This document shows, piece by piece, positions 25,820 through 37,227 of a DNA stretch of 64,000 bases. The position numbers and the translations under genes are program-made. The DNA lies in NCBI GenBank assembly GCA_903927755.1, contig CAIYOD010000032.1, forward strand, positions 2,391 through 66,390, in the 5' to 3' direction. Source of the stretch: an uncultured Thermoleophilia bacterium. GTDB lineage: Bacteria > Actinomycetota > Thermoleophilia > UBA2241. Numbering within the stretch: position 1 is the first letter of the stretch; the number at the start of each line of letters is the position of its first letter. The notes below the pieces were generated by a model. That model searched no databases. It saw only the letters and a program-made list of their open reading frames with translations, and was not told the origin of the DNA.

Positions 25820-27091
25820 GTGCGCGTAGGCCTGGTCTCTCCGTACTCCTGGACCGTCCCCGGCGGCGTGAACCACCACGTCGAGCATCTCGCGGACGAG
25901 CTCGAGGAGCGCGGCCACGAGACCTGGATCATCGCGCCGGTCGGCGCAGTGACGCCGGCGCGCCGGCATGTGGACAGCCGCCGGCAGATGATGGCCGAGC
26001 GGTTCATCCCGATGGGCTCGGCCATGCCGCTCCCCAGCAACGGCTCGGTCGCCTACGTGAACTTCTCGCCGCAGGTCTTCGCGCGCATGGACCGCGCCGT
26101 CCGCTACAGCCGCTTCGACGTGCTGCACGTCCACGAGCCCTGCACGCCGATGGTGTCGGGCATGGCCGTGCTGATGGCGACGTGTCCGGTGGTCGGCACC
26201 TTCCACGCGGCGCTGGACGAGTCCCGCGGCTACGACGACCTGAAGCCCCTCGTGGGGATGGTGATGCGGCGCATCGATGTGCGCGTCGCCGTGAGCGAGG
26301 CTGCGCGCGCGTTCCCGCAGAGCCGGTTCCCTGGGCCGTACCGGATCATCCCCAACGGGATCCCGGTGGAGACCTACGCCCCGGCCGTCGGGGCGCCCAA
26401 GGTGCGCGGGCGGATCCTGTTCGTGGGCCGTGCCGAGCGCCGCAAGGGACTTGGCGTGCTGCTCCAGGCGTTCACGCTTCTGCGCCGCCGCGCGCCCCAC
26501 GCGACGCTGGTCGTCGCGGGCGCCTCGCGCCGGCAGATGCTCGAGACCGACCGCAACGGCACCGGACTGCCCGTCGACCTGGCCGGCGTGGAGGCACTGG
26601 GCTGGGTCGCCGACGAAGAGAAGGTCGCCCAGCTGGCGGCGGCGGAGATCGTCTGCGCGCCGTCGCTGGCGGCCGAGAGCTTCGGCATCGTGCTGGCCGA
26701 GGCGATGGCCGCCGGTGTTCCCGTTGTCGCCTCGGACCTGCCGGGCTACCGCGCCGTACTGCGCGACGGACAGGCCGGACGGCTCACGCCGCCCGGCGAC
26801 CCCGTCGCGCTCGCCGGCGCGCTGTACGACCTCCTGCAGGACGAGGAGGAGCGGCGGCGCCTCGCGGCCGCGGGCAGCGCCGCCGCCGCCGAGCTCTCCT
26901 GGAGTCGCGTCACCGACAGCGTCGAGGAAGCCTACGCGGATGCCCTTGCGGCGCCGCGCGTGCGCGGCCAGCACGGCCTTCCGGGCAGGCCATGGTTTGG
27001 CCGCGCGGTGCTGGACTACGCCTCGTGGGCCGCGCAGAGCGGCTACTCGTACCGGCGCGCTCGCAAGCGCGACGGCGCCGCCTTCGTCTGA
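25820..27091 (+). CDS. pimA: Glycosyltransferase family 4, phosphatidylinositol mannosyltransferase PimA-like
   Basis: MRVGLVSPYSWTVPGGVNHHVEHLADELEERGHE closely resembles the actinobacterial PimA N-terminus. Also has ESFGIVLAEAMAAGVPVVASDLPGY. Confidence 0.75.
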   Translation: MRVGLVSPYSWTVPGGVNHHVEHLADELEERGHETWIIAPVGAVTPARRHVDSRRQMMAERFIPMGSAMPLPSNGSVAYVNFSPQVFARMDRAVRYSRFDVLHVHEPCTPMVSGMAVLMATCPVVGTFHAALDESRGYDDLKPLVGMVMRRIDVRVAVSEAARAFPQSRFPGPYRIIPNGIPVETYAPAVGAPKVRGRILFVGRAERRKGLGVLLQAFTLLRRRAPHATLVVAGASRRQMLETDRNGTGLPVDLAGVEALGWVADEEKVAQLAAAEIVCAPSLAAESFGIVLAEAMAAGVPVVASDLPGYRAVLRDGQAGRLTPPGDPVALAGALYDLLQDEEERRRLAAAGSAAAAELSWSRVTDSVEEAYADALAAPRVRGQHGLPGRPWFGRAVLDYASWAAQSGYSYRRARKRDGAAFV

Positions 27092-27257
27092 CGTCCGGGC
27101 CGCCTCAGTCGGACGTCCCGACGCCTCCATCTGACGTCCCCGGCGCCTTGCGGATGCCGCCCCCGCCGGTTTTGCCGCGCCGCGAGCCGTATGCTAGACT
27201 CCGCATTCGCTGCATCGTGGCCGGTTGCTCCGTCACCGGCCGTCAGCGTTCTTTCGC

Positions 27258-27336
27258 GGGGGCGTAGCTCAGTTTGGTTTAGAGCGCCGGCCTGTCACGC
27301 CGGAGGTCGCGGGTTCGAGCCCCGTCGCTCCCGCCA
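27258..27336 (+). tRNA. tRNA-Asp (anticodon GTC), CCA encoded
   Basis: Hand-folded. Acceptor GGGGGCG/CGCTCCC (one G-U pair), anticodon stem CCGGC/GCCGG with loop CTGTCAC, T loop TTCGAGC. Confidence 0.88.
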
Positions 27337-27343
27337 CTTCTTC

Positions 27344-28642
27344 TCAGTCTGCCTGCCGCAGGTCCAGCACGCGGCGTGCGCCGGCCGTCTTCTCGTTGGC
27401 CCCCGGCTCGACCAGTGTGACCCGGGCGCGCAGGCCGAGCTCCGCCTGCATCCGCTCGGCGACCTTGCGCTGGAAGCGCACCATGTCGCCCATGACGTCC
27501 GAGAACAGATCCTCGTCCACCTCCACGCGCACCTCGAGGTCGTCGAGGTTCTTCTTGCGGTCGACGACGATGAGGTAGTGCGGTCGCACGCCCTCGGTGC
27601 GCGCCAGCAGGTCCTCGATCTGGCTGGGGTACACGTTGACCCCGCGGATGATGAGCATGTCGTCGGTGCGCTGCCGCACCTTGCTCATGCGCACCAGCGT
27701 GCGCCCGCACTCGCAGCGGGACGGGTCGAGCCTCGTGAGGTCCCGGGTGCGATAGCGGAAGACCGGGAAGGCCTCCTTGGTGAGCGTGGTGATGACCAAC
27801 TCGCCCTGCTCGCCGTACTCGAGGGGTTCCTCGGTCTCGGGGTCGATGACCTCGAGGAGCAGATGGTCCTCGGCGACGTGCAGGCCGCAGTCGCAGTCGC
27901 ACTCGCCGGCGATCCCGGGGCCGAGCACCTTGGAGAGGCCGTAGTTGTCCATGGCGCGGAGGCCGAGCCTCGACTCGATCTCGGCCTTCATGGCGTCCGT
28001 GCAGGGCTCGCTCCCGAAGAGGCCGAGCCGCAGCTTGAGAGACGCGAGGTCCACGCCGAGCTCCTCGGCCTGCTCCGCGAGGAACAGGGCATAGGACGGC
28101 GTGGACACCAGGACCGTCGCGCCGAAGGTCTGCAGTATGGCGACGTGGCGGTCCGACTGTTCGGCGCCGGCCGGGATGATGGTCGCGCCGAGGCGCTCCA
28201 TGCCGTAGTGCATGCCCCAGCCGCTGGTGGACATGCCGTAGGGGAAGGCCATGAGGACGAGGTCGCCGCGGTGCACGCCCGCGGCGGCGGCGACCCGGGC
28301 GGTCATCTCCGTCCAGGTGTTGATGTCGCCGCGCGAGTAGCCGAGGACGACCGGCTGGCCGCTCTCGCTCGTCGACGAGTGGACGCGGACGACCTCCTCG
28401 AGCGGCAGGGCAAACCCGCCGAACGGAGAAACCGCTCCCAGCGCACGTTCGTCGGCGAAGGGCAGCCGCCGCAGGTCGTCCAGGGACTTGATGTCGCGTG
28501 GCCGCACGCCGCGCTCCTCCAGCTGGGCGCGCCAGTAGGGGATGCGCTCGTACGCCCACGAGGTCGTCATCTGGAGCCGGCGCAGCTGCAGGGCGTGCAG
28601 CGCCGCCCGGTCCATGCATTCGTACTCGGGGTTCCAGATCAT
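27344..28642 (-). CDS. Phenylacetate-CoA ligase family (PaaK-like adenylate-forming enzyme), copy 1
   Basis: From ORF 27344..28660. The ATG at 28642 makes an ATGA overlap with livF. MIWNPEYECMDRAALHALQLRRLQ, DDLRRLPFADE and SSTSESGQP are present. Confidence 0.8.
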   Translation of the reverse strand: MIWNPEYECMDRAALHALQLRRLQMTTSWAYERIPYWRAQLEERGVRPRDIKSLDDLRRLPFADERALGAVSPFGGFALPLEEVVRVHSSTSESGQPVVLGYSRGDINTWTEMTARVAAAAGVHRGDLVLMAFPYGMSTSGWGMHYGMERLGATIIPAGAEQSDRHVAILQTFGATVLVSTPSYALFLAEQAEELGVDLASLKLRLGLFGSEPCTDAMKAEIESRLGLRAMDNYGLSKVLGPGIAGECDCDCGLHVAEDHLLLEVIDPETEEPLEYGEQGELVITTLTKEAFPVFRYRTRDLTRLDPSRCECGRTLVRMSKVRQRTDDMLIIRGVNVYPSQIEDLLARTEGVRPHYLIVVDRKKNLDDLEVRVEVDEDLFSDVMGDMVRFQRKVAERMQAELGLRARVTLVEPGANEKTAGARRVLDLRQAD

Positions 28643-29385
28643 GAGCCCTCCTGGTGCCATGCGCCAAGGTAGATGGTCCGCACCGATTCGTCGGCTAGCA
28701 GGTCCGCGGCAGGTCCTTCGAGGACCACCCGGCCGGTCCGCATGACCGAGCCGCGGTCCGCGTGTCGCAGGGCCAGCCGCGCGTCCTGCTCCACGAGCAG
28801 GATGGTCACGCCCTGCGCGCGCAGCTCATCCAGCGCCGAGAAGATCTCGGCGATGACCAGCGGCGCGAGGCCGAGCGACGGTTCGTCGAGCAGCAGCAGC
28901 CGCGGCTCCGACATGAGCGCGCGGCCGACGGCGAGCATCTGCTGCTCGCCGCCCGAGAGCGTCTCGGCCGGCTGGTCCGCCCGCTCCTCGAGTACCGGGA
29001 AGAGCTCGTTGACGCGCGCCAGGGCGCGGGTGGTCACGGCGCGACGCTCGCGCCCGGCGCCGTACGCGCCGAGCTCGAGGTTGTCGCGTACGGTCATCGG
29101 GCCGAACAGGAGCCTGCCCTCGGGCACGAGCGCCAGGCCCTTACGCACGAGGCGCTCGGGCCGCGGCGTGGCCACGCGAGCGCCGCGATAGGCGATCGTC
29201 CCCGAGCGGACGGGGACGAGGCCGACGATCGTCTTGAGCAGGGTCGACTTGCCCGCGCCGTTGGCGCCGATGACGGCGACCAGCTCGCCCTCACCGACGG
29301 TGAGGTCGATGTCGTGCAGCACCTCGGCGTGGCCGTAGCCGGCCCTGACCGAGGCGAGCTCGAGCAGCGGAGTAGCCTCAGACAT
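28639..29385 (-). CDS. livF: Branched-chain-amino-acid-type ABC transporter ATP-binding protein (LivF-like)
   Basis: Walker A GANGAGKST, signature LSGGEQQML, Walker B LLLLDEPS. Confidence 0.85.
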   Translation of the reverse strand: MSEATPLLELASVRAGYGHAEVLHDIDLTVGEGELVAVIGANGAGKSTLLKTIVGLVPVRSGTIAYRGARVATPRPERLVRKGLALVPEGRLLFGPMTVRDNLELGAYGAGRERRAVTTRALARVNELFPVLEERADQPAETLSGGEQQMLAVGRALMSEPRLLLLDEPSLGLAPLVIAEIFSALDELRAQGVTILLVEQDARLALRHADRGSVMRTGRVVLEGPAADLLADESVRTIYLGAWHQEGS

Positions 29386-30151
29386 CGTCGTCCACCTCGC
29401 CGCCGAGGTAGGCGGCGATGACCGCCGGATCCTTCTGGATCATGCGCGGCGGTCCCTCCGCGATCTTGGCGCCGCGGTCGAGCACGACGATCTCGTCGGA
29501 CACCTCCATGACGAGGCCCATGTCGTGCTCGACGATCACCACGGTGATGCCTGAGTCGCGCACGCGGAACAGCGTCTGGACGAGCTCCCGCGTCTCGGTC
29601 GCGTTGAGGCCCGCGGCGGGCTCGTCGAGCAGCAGCAGCCGCGGGCGCGTCGCGAGCGCCCGGGCGATCTCGACGAGGCGGCGGATGCCGGCGGGGAGGT
29701 CGGCGGCCGGCACATCGATCCACTCTTCGATGCCGATCAGGCGCAGCAGGCGGCTGGCGTCCTCGCGCGCCTCCCGATCCTCGGCGACGGCATTGGGCAG
29801 CCGCAGCATCGCCGTCGTGAATCCACGGCGCTGGCGCGCCTGGCTGCCGACCATGACGTTCTCGCCGGCCGTCATCTCCTCGAAGAGCTGCGTGTTCTGG
29901 AACGTCCGCGCGAGGCCCACCCGCACCACCTCGCGCGGCTTGCGCCCGACGAGCTCCTCGCCCTCAAAGACGACGGATCCCTCGTCGGGCCGGTCGAACC
30001 CCGTCAGCGCGTTGAACAGCGTGGACTTGCCGGCCCCGTTGGGGCCGATCAGCGCCTTGACGGTCCCTTCGTAGACGTCGAACGAGACGTCGTCCACCGC
30101 TGTGAGCCCGCCGAAGCGGCGCGTGACGTTGCGCACCTGCAGGAGCGTCAC
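29378..30151 (-). CDS. livG: Branched-chain-amino-acid-type ABC transporter ATP-binding protein (LivG-like)
   Basis: The 501-aa ORF is N-terminally over-extended. The GTG at 30151 (VTLLQVRNVTRRFGG) overlaps the livM stop. GPNGAGKST and LLLLDEPAAG are present. Confidence 0.85.
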   Translation of the reverse strand: MTLLQVRNVTRRFGGLTAVDDVSFDVYEGTVKALIGPNGAGKSTLFNALTGFDRPDEGSVVFEGEELVGRKPREVVRVGLARTFQNTQLFEEMTAGENVMVGSQARQRRGFTTAMLRLPNAVAEDREAREDASRLLRLIGIEEWIDVPAADLPAGIRRLVEIARALATRPRLLLLDEPAAGLNATETRELVQTLFRVRDSGITVVIVEHDMGLVMEVSDEIVVLDRGAKIAEGPPRMIQKDPAVIAAYLGGEVDDDV

Positions 30152-31128
30152 GACGCCTCGTTCCCTGCGCTCCGCCGCTTCCAGAGCCCGGCGAGGCCGC
30201 GCGGCGCGAAGATCACGATGAGGACGATGGCCAGGCCGTAGATGTCCTCCTGGTACGACTGGATGGTCTGCGCCGTCTCCCGCGGCAGGCCGGGGATCAG
30301 CGCGTCCGAGTACTGCACCAGCGTGAGCGCGACGGCGGCCAGGATAGGCCCAGCCAGCGAGCTCGTGCCGCCGACGATGGTCATGGCGATGAACGTGATG
30401 GAGGCGGTGAGCGTGAACAAGCTTGGCGAGATGAACCCGACCACGCCGGCGTAGAGCGCGCCGGCGAGCCCCGCCATGAGCGCGCTCACCACGAACGTAC
30501 GGACCTTGACGCCCACGATGTCGACGCCGCACGCCTGCGCGCCCAACTCGCTGCCGTGGAGGGCGCGCATCGCCCGCCCGGGGCGCAGCGACGTGATGTT
30601 GTGCGCCACCAGCACGGCGATGCCCACGGCGCCCCAGACGAGCCAGTACAGGGACGAGGCCGAGCGGAACTCCACCGGACCGATGGACGGGAACGGGATG
30701 CCGCTGAATCCGTCCACGCCGCCGGTGATGGGCTCGGCCTGGATGAACGCCAAGGACATGAGGAGCCCGAATCCAAGGGTGGCCATCGCCAGGTAGTAGC
30801 CCTTGAGCCGAAGGCTGGGGATGGCCAGGATGAGGCCGCCGAGAGCCGCCACGACGCCGGCGGCCACAAAGCCGAGCAGCCATGGCCAGCCGAGCTCCAC
30901 GGTGCAGTAGGCGCTGGTGTAGGCGCCGAGCCCCATGAAGGCGGCGTGCCCCAGCGAGACCTGCCCGGCGTAGCCGAACAGCAGCGCCAGGCCGACCACC
31001 ACCAGCGCGTTGATGCCGCAGAACGTGAAGACCTTGAGCAGGAACCGGTCGCTGACCGCGAGCGGCACGATGAGCGCGAGCGCTACGGCGATGAGGGGCG
31101 CGAGCGCCCTGAGCGTGCGTGCGTTCAT
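30148..31128 (-). CDS. livM: ABC transporter permease (LivM-like)
   Basis: 326 aa and polytopic. GQVSLGHAAFMGLGAYT is typical of LivM. Confidence 0.85.
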   Translation of the reverse strand: MNARTLRALAPLIAVALALIVPLAVSDRFLLKVFTFCGINALVVVGLALLFGYAGQVSLGHAAFMGLGAYTSAYCTVELGWPWLLGFVAAGVVAALGGLILAIPSLRLKGYYLAMATLGFGLLMSLAFIQAEPITGGVDGFSGIPFPSIGPVEFRSASSLYWLVWGAVGIAVLVAHNITSLRPGRAMRALHGSELGAQACGVDIVGVKVRTFVVSALMAGLAGALYAGVVGFISPSLFTLTASITFIAMTIVGGTSSLAGPILAAVALTLVQYSDALIPGLPRETAQTIQSYQEDIYGLAIVLIVIFAPRGLAGLWKRRSAGNEAS

Positions 31129-32000
31129 CAGACTTTGACGCGCCCCGCCTTGGCCAGCAGGCCCTGGGGCGCCACGAAGAGGACGACGAGCAGCACCACG
31201 AGGGCCACGCCGTCCTTGTACGCGGGGTCGAAGTAGCCGGCGGCGAAGCTCTCGAGGAGGCCGAGCAGCAGACCGCCGGCCACGGCGGTGATGGGATTGC
31301 CGATGCCGCCGAGGATCGCGGCGGCGAAGCCCTTCACGCCGATTGCCGCACCGACGCCGAAGGCCGTCTGCGTGAGCGGCGCCACGGCCACACCGGCCAG
31401 GGCGCCGAGGCCGGCCGCCAGTGCGAACGCCACGGTGACCATCATGCCGGCGTTGATGCCGACGAGCCGGGCGGCGTCACGCCGGATGGCCGTGGCGCGC
31501 ATGGCCCGGCCGAACGCCGTCTTCCGGTAAAGCAGCGCCAGCGCCACGACGGCCAAGGCCGTGAGGCCCCAGATCCACAGCGTCTGCAGTTCCACGGCCA
31601 CGCCGAACGCCTTGAGCGAGGCGCCCTCCGTGAAGGGCGCGAGCGCCCGTTCGTCGGGCCCGAAGAAGTGCAACGCCAGCTGTCTGAGCACCACGGCGCC
31701 ACCGATGGTGACCATGATGATGCGCAGGGGGCTGTCGCCGGCGATCGGACGCACGGCGAGCAACTCGAAGGCCGCGCCGATGGCGGCGGTGGCGGCGATG
31801 GCCGCCACCGCCGCCACGGGCAACGGCATGCCCAGGTCGGTGAACGAGACGCACAGCATGCCGCCGAGCATGAAGAACTCGCCCTGGGCGAAGTTGATCG
31901 CCCCGGTGGCGGCGTACACGATCGTGAAGCCGAGCGCGATGAGCGCGTAGATCGAACCGTTCTTGAGACCCGCGACGAGGAACTGCAGGAACTCGCTCAC
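31128..32000 (-). CDS. livH: ABC transporter permease (LivH-like)
   Basis: 290 aa. NGSIYALIALGFTIVYAATGAINFAQGEF is typical of LivH. Confidence 0.85.
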   Translation of the reverse strand: MSEFLQFLVAGLKNGSIYALIALGFTIVYAATGAINFAQGEFFMLGGMLCVSFTDLGMPLPVAAVAAIAATAAIGAAFELLAVRPIAGDSPLRIIMVTIGGAVVLRQLALHFFGPDERALAPFTEGASLKAFGVAVELQTLWIWGLTALAVVALALLYRKTAFGRAMRATAIRRDAARLVGINAGMMVTVAFALAAGLGALAGVAVAPLTQTAFGVGAAIGVKGFAAAILGGIGNPITAVAGGLLLGLLESFAAGYFDPAYKDGVALVVLLVVLFVAPQGLLAKAGRVKV

Positions 32001-32031
32001 ACCACGCGCCTCGCGCCGGACTTCGCTGGGG

Positions 32032-33237
32032 TCACTGGACCGGAGTGAACTTGCCCCCGGAGATCTCGTACATCTGCAGGTCGTCCACGGTGAGGCCGTT
32101 GTGGTCCTCGGCGGTCATGTTGTAGGTGCCGTCGATGCCGACCCAGCCGGTCGTGGCCTGGATCTGCTCGAGCAGGGCCTCGGGCGTGAGGTCGCCCTCC
32201 ACGCGCTTGGCGGCCTCGACCACCAGGTACAGGGCGTCGTACGCGTAGCCCGGGAACATGCCCGGCTTCTCGCCGTAGGCCTGCTCGTAGCTGCTGATGA
32301 AGTCGTCGGCGACCGCGCGGGCCTCGCTGCCCTCAGGGTACAGCGACGGGTCGAGCACCTTGCCGGCGGCGAGCTTGACGCCCTCGGCCGCCTCGCCGGC
32401 GCCGTCGATGAACTCCTGGCGGGCGATGCCGTGGCTGCCGTAGATGGGCAGTTCGATGCCGAGATCCCTGGCGTTCTTGGCGATGATCGCGGCCTCCGAG
32501 CCGGCCGTCCACATGACGATGGCCTCGGCGTCGGAGTTCTTGATCTTGGTGAGCTGCGCGGTCATGTCGGTGTCGCCGGGGTTGAGCGTCTCGTCGGCGA
32601 CGATCTCCACGCCTGCCTTGGGAGCGGCCTCCTTGAAGACGGCCTGGCCGTCCTTGCCGAACCCGCCGCTGTCGGTGATGAGGCCGATCTTGGTGATGCC
32701 CTGGCCCTTGAGGTAGTCGAGCGTGAACGGCACGACGATGGTGTTGGACCACGGGGTGGCGAACACCAGCGGGTCGACCGGGTTGGTGATGACGGTGCCG
32801 CCGGCCATGGAGACCTGCGGGATGCCGGCGCGCTGGATGTCGCCGCGCATGGCCATCGTCTGGCCGGTACCCGTGGCGCCGATGATGGCCACGACGTTCT
32901 CCTGCTCGATGAGCCTGCTGGCCGCCGCGACCGCCTGGGCCTCGTCGGTCGCGTCGTCCTCGATGATCACCTCGACGGGTCGGCCGTTGATGCCGCCCGC
33001 GTCGTTGATCTTCTTGACCTCCATCTCGATGAGGTTCTTCTCGGGCTCGCCGAGGCCGGCGTAGGTGCCGGTCAGCGAGAGAATCGCGCCGATCTTGATG
33101 GGCTCGCCGGAGGCGGCGCCCGTCGAGTCGCCCGACGGCTCGGAACCGCTGTCGCCGCAGCCGGCGATGGCCAGAAGCGCCGTCAGCAGCACCACGAGCA
33201 GGACGGCCGACGGCCATCCGAAGGTCCTTCCGCGCAT
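32032..33237 (-). CDS. ABC transporter substrate-binding lipoprotein (LivJ/K family, type I periplasmic binding fold)
   Basis: From ORF 32032..33390. The ATG at 33237 gives MRGRTFGWPSAVLLVVLLTALLAIAGC (lipobox). IKIGAILSLTGTYAGLG is present. Confidence 0.85.
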   Translation of the reverse strand: MRGRTFGWPSAVLLVVLLTALLAIAGCGDSGSEPSGDSTGAASGEPIKIGAILSLTGTYAGLGEPEKNLIEMEVKKINDAGGINGRPVEVIIEDDATDEAQAVAAASRLIEQENVVAIIGATGTGQTMAMRGDIQRAGIPQVSMAGGTVITNPVDPLVFATPWSNTIVVPFTLDYLKGQGITKIGLITDSGGFGKDGQAVFKEAAPKAGVEIVADETLNPGDTDMTAQLTKIKNSDAEAIVMWTAGSEAAIIAKNARDLGIELPIYGSHGIARQEFIDGAGEAAEGVKLAAGKVLDPSLYPEGSEARAVADDFISSYEQAYGEKPGMFPGYAYDALYLVVEAAKRVEGDLTPEALLEQIQATTGWVGIDGTYNMTAEDHNGLTVDDLQMYEISGGKFTPVQ

Positions 33238-33495
33238 CACGTCTTCCCCCTGGGTCGGTGTGCGCGCCCCGGCGGCGCGGTCACGCGCTCCCCGGGGCGC
33301 TGTCATGTCACGTGCACTCCGCGCGTGTCGCGGGCAGGGCGAGCGACGGCACGCGGACCTCATCCCGGCAAGAGCCGATCCATATGCCACGAAAGAGGTT
33401 CGCGCATGATAGCACGCGCGGGCGGGGAATCGAGGGCCGGGGGCATCGGGCGGCGGAGGCCGATCTCGATGCTCGGGCAGCGTCCTTGCGCGCGG

Positions 33496-33738
33496 TCAGA
33501 GCGGGTCGAGCAGCGTGGGGTCGCGCAGCTCGGCGACGCCGAGTTCCGTAGCCCGCCACGGGCCGTCGGGGAGCACGGCCGGGTCGGTGATGAGCATGGT
33601 GGATCCATCTCTCGGGTCGGCGCGCAGCCCGTAGCCGAGGTGCCACAGGTACTCCACGCGGTCGTCGGCGACGCAGCGCGCCTCGAACCCTCGAGCGGTC
33701 ACTTCGCTACGCGTGAAACTCTCCAGTCGGTCTGTCAT
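33496..33738 (-). CDS. Hypothetical small protein (80 aa)
   Basis: Intergenic position and high GC3 codon usage. No recognisable family. Confidence 0.4.
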   Translation of the reverse strand: MTDRLESFTRSEVTARGFEARCVADDRVEYLWHLGYGLRADPRDGSTMLITDPAVLPDGPWRATELGVAELRDPTLLDPL

Positions 33739-33927
33739 GCGTCGGTCACTCCCGGGTCGCGGGCCGGGCGCCGGGGATTCTCGGCGCTCCTCTCCCTAAG
33801 AGGTCGGCCCGCGACGGCTTCTCCTTGAGGGGGACATTGGCCCATGTCCCCGCGTTACCAGGTCCCGTCTAGTAGGGACGACCCGATGCGCGGCAGCCGT
33901 CGGCGCCGGATGCCCGGCAGGTGGCGC

Positions 33928-35553
<1,626 letters not shown>

Positions 35554-35703
35554 GGGCCCTCCGTTTTTCCGGCGCTCAGTCTATCGCGCCGGATCGGGGA
35601 GAGGGTACGACGAAAGGCGAAGGCGGCGATCCGATGAATCAGACCGCCGCCTTCGCTGGAGCGCCGCCAGACCCTCGCCCGGCGGGCATGCTCGTGCCGG
35701 TGG

Positions 35704-37227
35704 TCAGCCCAGAGGGCCCACCTCGGCCTCGACCGCATCGAGGATCTCGCCCGACGCGACCAGCGCGGCCATCGCGTTGTGGTCCGGATAGAGCGGCCTG
35801 TCGATGTCGAGGTGCTCGACGTGCTTGCGGATCACGGCCTTGGCGGCGCGCACGCCCTTGCCCGGCGTGAAGTCGCGGAAGTCGAGCGCCTGCGCCGCGG
35901 CCATGAACTCGATGCCGAGCACGCCGTGGGCGTTGTCCAGGATCTGGCGGTTCTTGAGGGCCGTGTTCATGCCCATCGAGACGAAGTCCTCCTGGTCCGC
36001 CGCGGCGGGGATGCTCATCGTGCTCGCCGGCGCCGAAAGGATGCGCTGCTCGGTGATGAGCATGTCGGCGGTGTACTGGCTGAGCATCAGGCCGCTGTAG
36101 AAGCCGGGATTCGGCGTCAGGAAGTCCGGCAGGCCCTGGCTCGTCGCCGGGTTCTCAAGACGGTTCAGGCGCCGCTCACTGAGCACGCTGACCATGGTGA
36201 TGGCCTGGCCGATCATCTCCATGGGGAGGCTGACAGGCGTGCCCTGGAAGTTCGCGCCGGTGAGCGTGAGCTTGTCCTCAGGCACGAAGATCGGGTTGTC
36301 GCCGACGCCGTTCAGCTCGATCTCCACCTGGCTCTTCGCCCACTTGAGGGCGTCGTGGGCGGCGCCGATGACCTGCGGCGTCGAGCGCATCGAGTAGGCG
36401 TCCTGTACCTTGGTCTTGATCTTGCCCGTGGCGAGGTCGCTCTCGCCGATGCACGCCCGGATGGCGGCGGCGCTGCGCACGGCGCCGGAGAAGCCGCGCA
36501 GTTCGTGCAGTTTGCTGTTGTACGGCTTGAGGTTGGCGAGCAGCGCTTCGAGGCTCATCGACGCGGCGATCTCGGCCTGGCGCAGCCAGCGGTCGGCGTC
36601 GTAGCACAGAAGGGCGCTCATGCCGGTGAGGACGTTGGAGCCGTTGATGGTGGCGAGGCCGTCGCGCGCCTCCAGCCCGGGGACCGGGATGCCGGCGCGC
36701 TCGAGCGCCTCGCGGCTGGGCATCCGCTCGCCCAGATAGAAGGAGTCGCCTTCGCCCATCATGACGAGCGCCATCTGGGCCATTGGGGCGAGGTCGCCGC
36801 AGGCGCCTACCGAGCCCTTGGAGCTCATCACCGGGGTCACTCCCTTGTTGAGAAGAGCGACCAGGGTCTGCGTGATCTCCGGGCGGTTGCCTGAGTTGCC
36901 ATGGGCGTGGACGTTGACCCTTGCGGCCATGGCGGCGCGCACGACCTCGACGGGAGCAGGCTCGCCGATGCCGGCGGCGTGGTTGTAGACCAGGTAGCGC
37001 TGGAACTGCTGCACCTGGTCGTCGTCGAGCACGATCTCGCTGAACTCGCCGATGCCCGTGTTGGTCCCGTACATGATCTCGCGTGCCGTGATCTTCTCCT
37101 CGAGCATGGCGCGGCAGACCTTGATGCGCTCGAGCGCCGCCGGGTCGAGCTCGACCGCCTCGCCGTCACGGGCGATGCGCACGAGCTTCTCGACGGTCAG
37201 GGACGCGCCGTCCAGGGTGATGGTCAC
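35704..37227 (-). CDS. Aromatic amino acid ammonia-lyase family (histidine ammonia-lyase-like), Ala-Cys-Gly triad
   Basis: The 714-aa ORF is over-extended. The GTG at 37227 follows AGGAGAAACACCC (VTITLDGASL...). YGTNTGIG, GSVGACGDLAP (residues 142-144 are A-C-G), NGSN and QEDFVSMG are present. Confidence 0.85.
   Translation of the reverse strand: MTITLDGASLTVEKLVRIARDGEAVELDPAALERIKVCRAMLEEKITAREIMYGTNTGIGEFSEIVLDDDQVQQFQRYLVYNHAAGIGEPAPVEVVRAAMAARVNVHAHGNSGNRPEITQTLVALLNKGVTPVMSSKGSVGACGDLAPMAQMALVMMGEGDSFYLGERMPSREALERAGIPVPGLEARDGLATINGSNVLTGMSALLCYDADRWLRQAEIAASMSLEALLANLKPYNSKLHELRGFSGAVRSAAAIRACIGESDLATGKIKTKVQDAYSMRSTPQVIGAAHDALKWAKSQVEIELNGVGDNPIFVPEDKLTLTGANFQGTPVSLPMEMIGQAITMVSVLSERRLNRLENPATSQGLPDFLTPNPGFYSGLMLSQYTADMLITEQRILSAPASTMSIPAAADQEDFVSMGMNTALKNRQILDNAHGVLGIEFMAAAQALDFRDFTPGKGVRAAKAVIRKHVEHLDIDRPLYPDHNAMAALVASGEILDAVEAEVGPLG

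Noticed and set aside
27191-28672. 493-aa plus-strand ORF spanning tRNA-Asp and antisense to PaaK
   Set aside because: It overlaps a well-folded tRNA and a clearly recognisable minus-strand PaaK gene, and it has shadow-ORF composition.
30152-30883. N-terminal 244 codons of the 501-aa ORF 29378-30883
   Set aside because: This is an over-extension into livM in another frame. LivG homology begins at VTLLQVRNV (GTG at 30151), which also gives a GTGA overlap with the livM stop.
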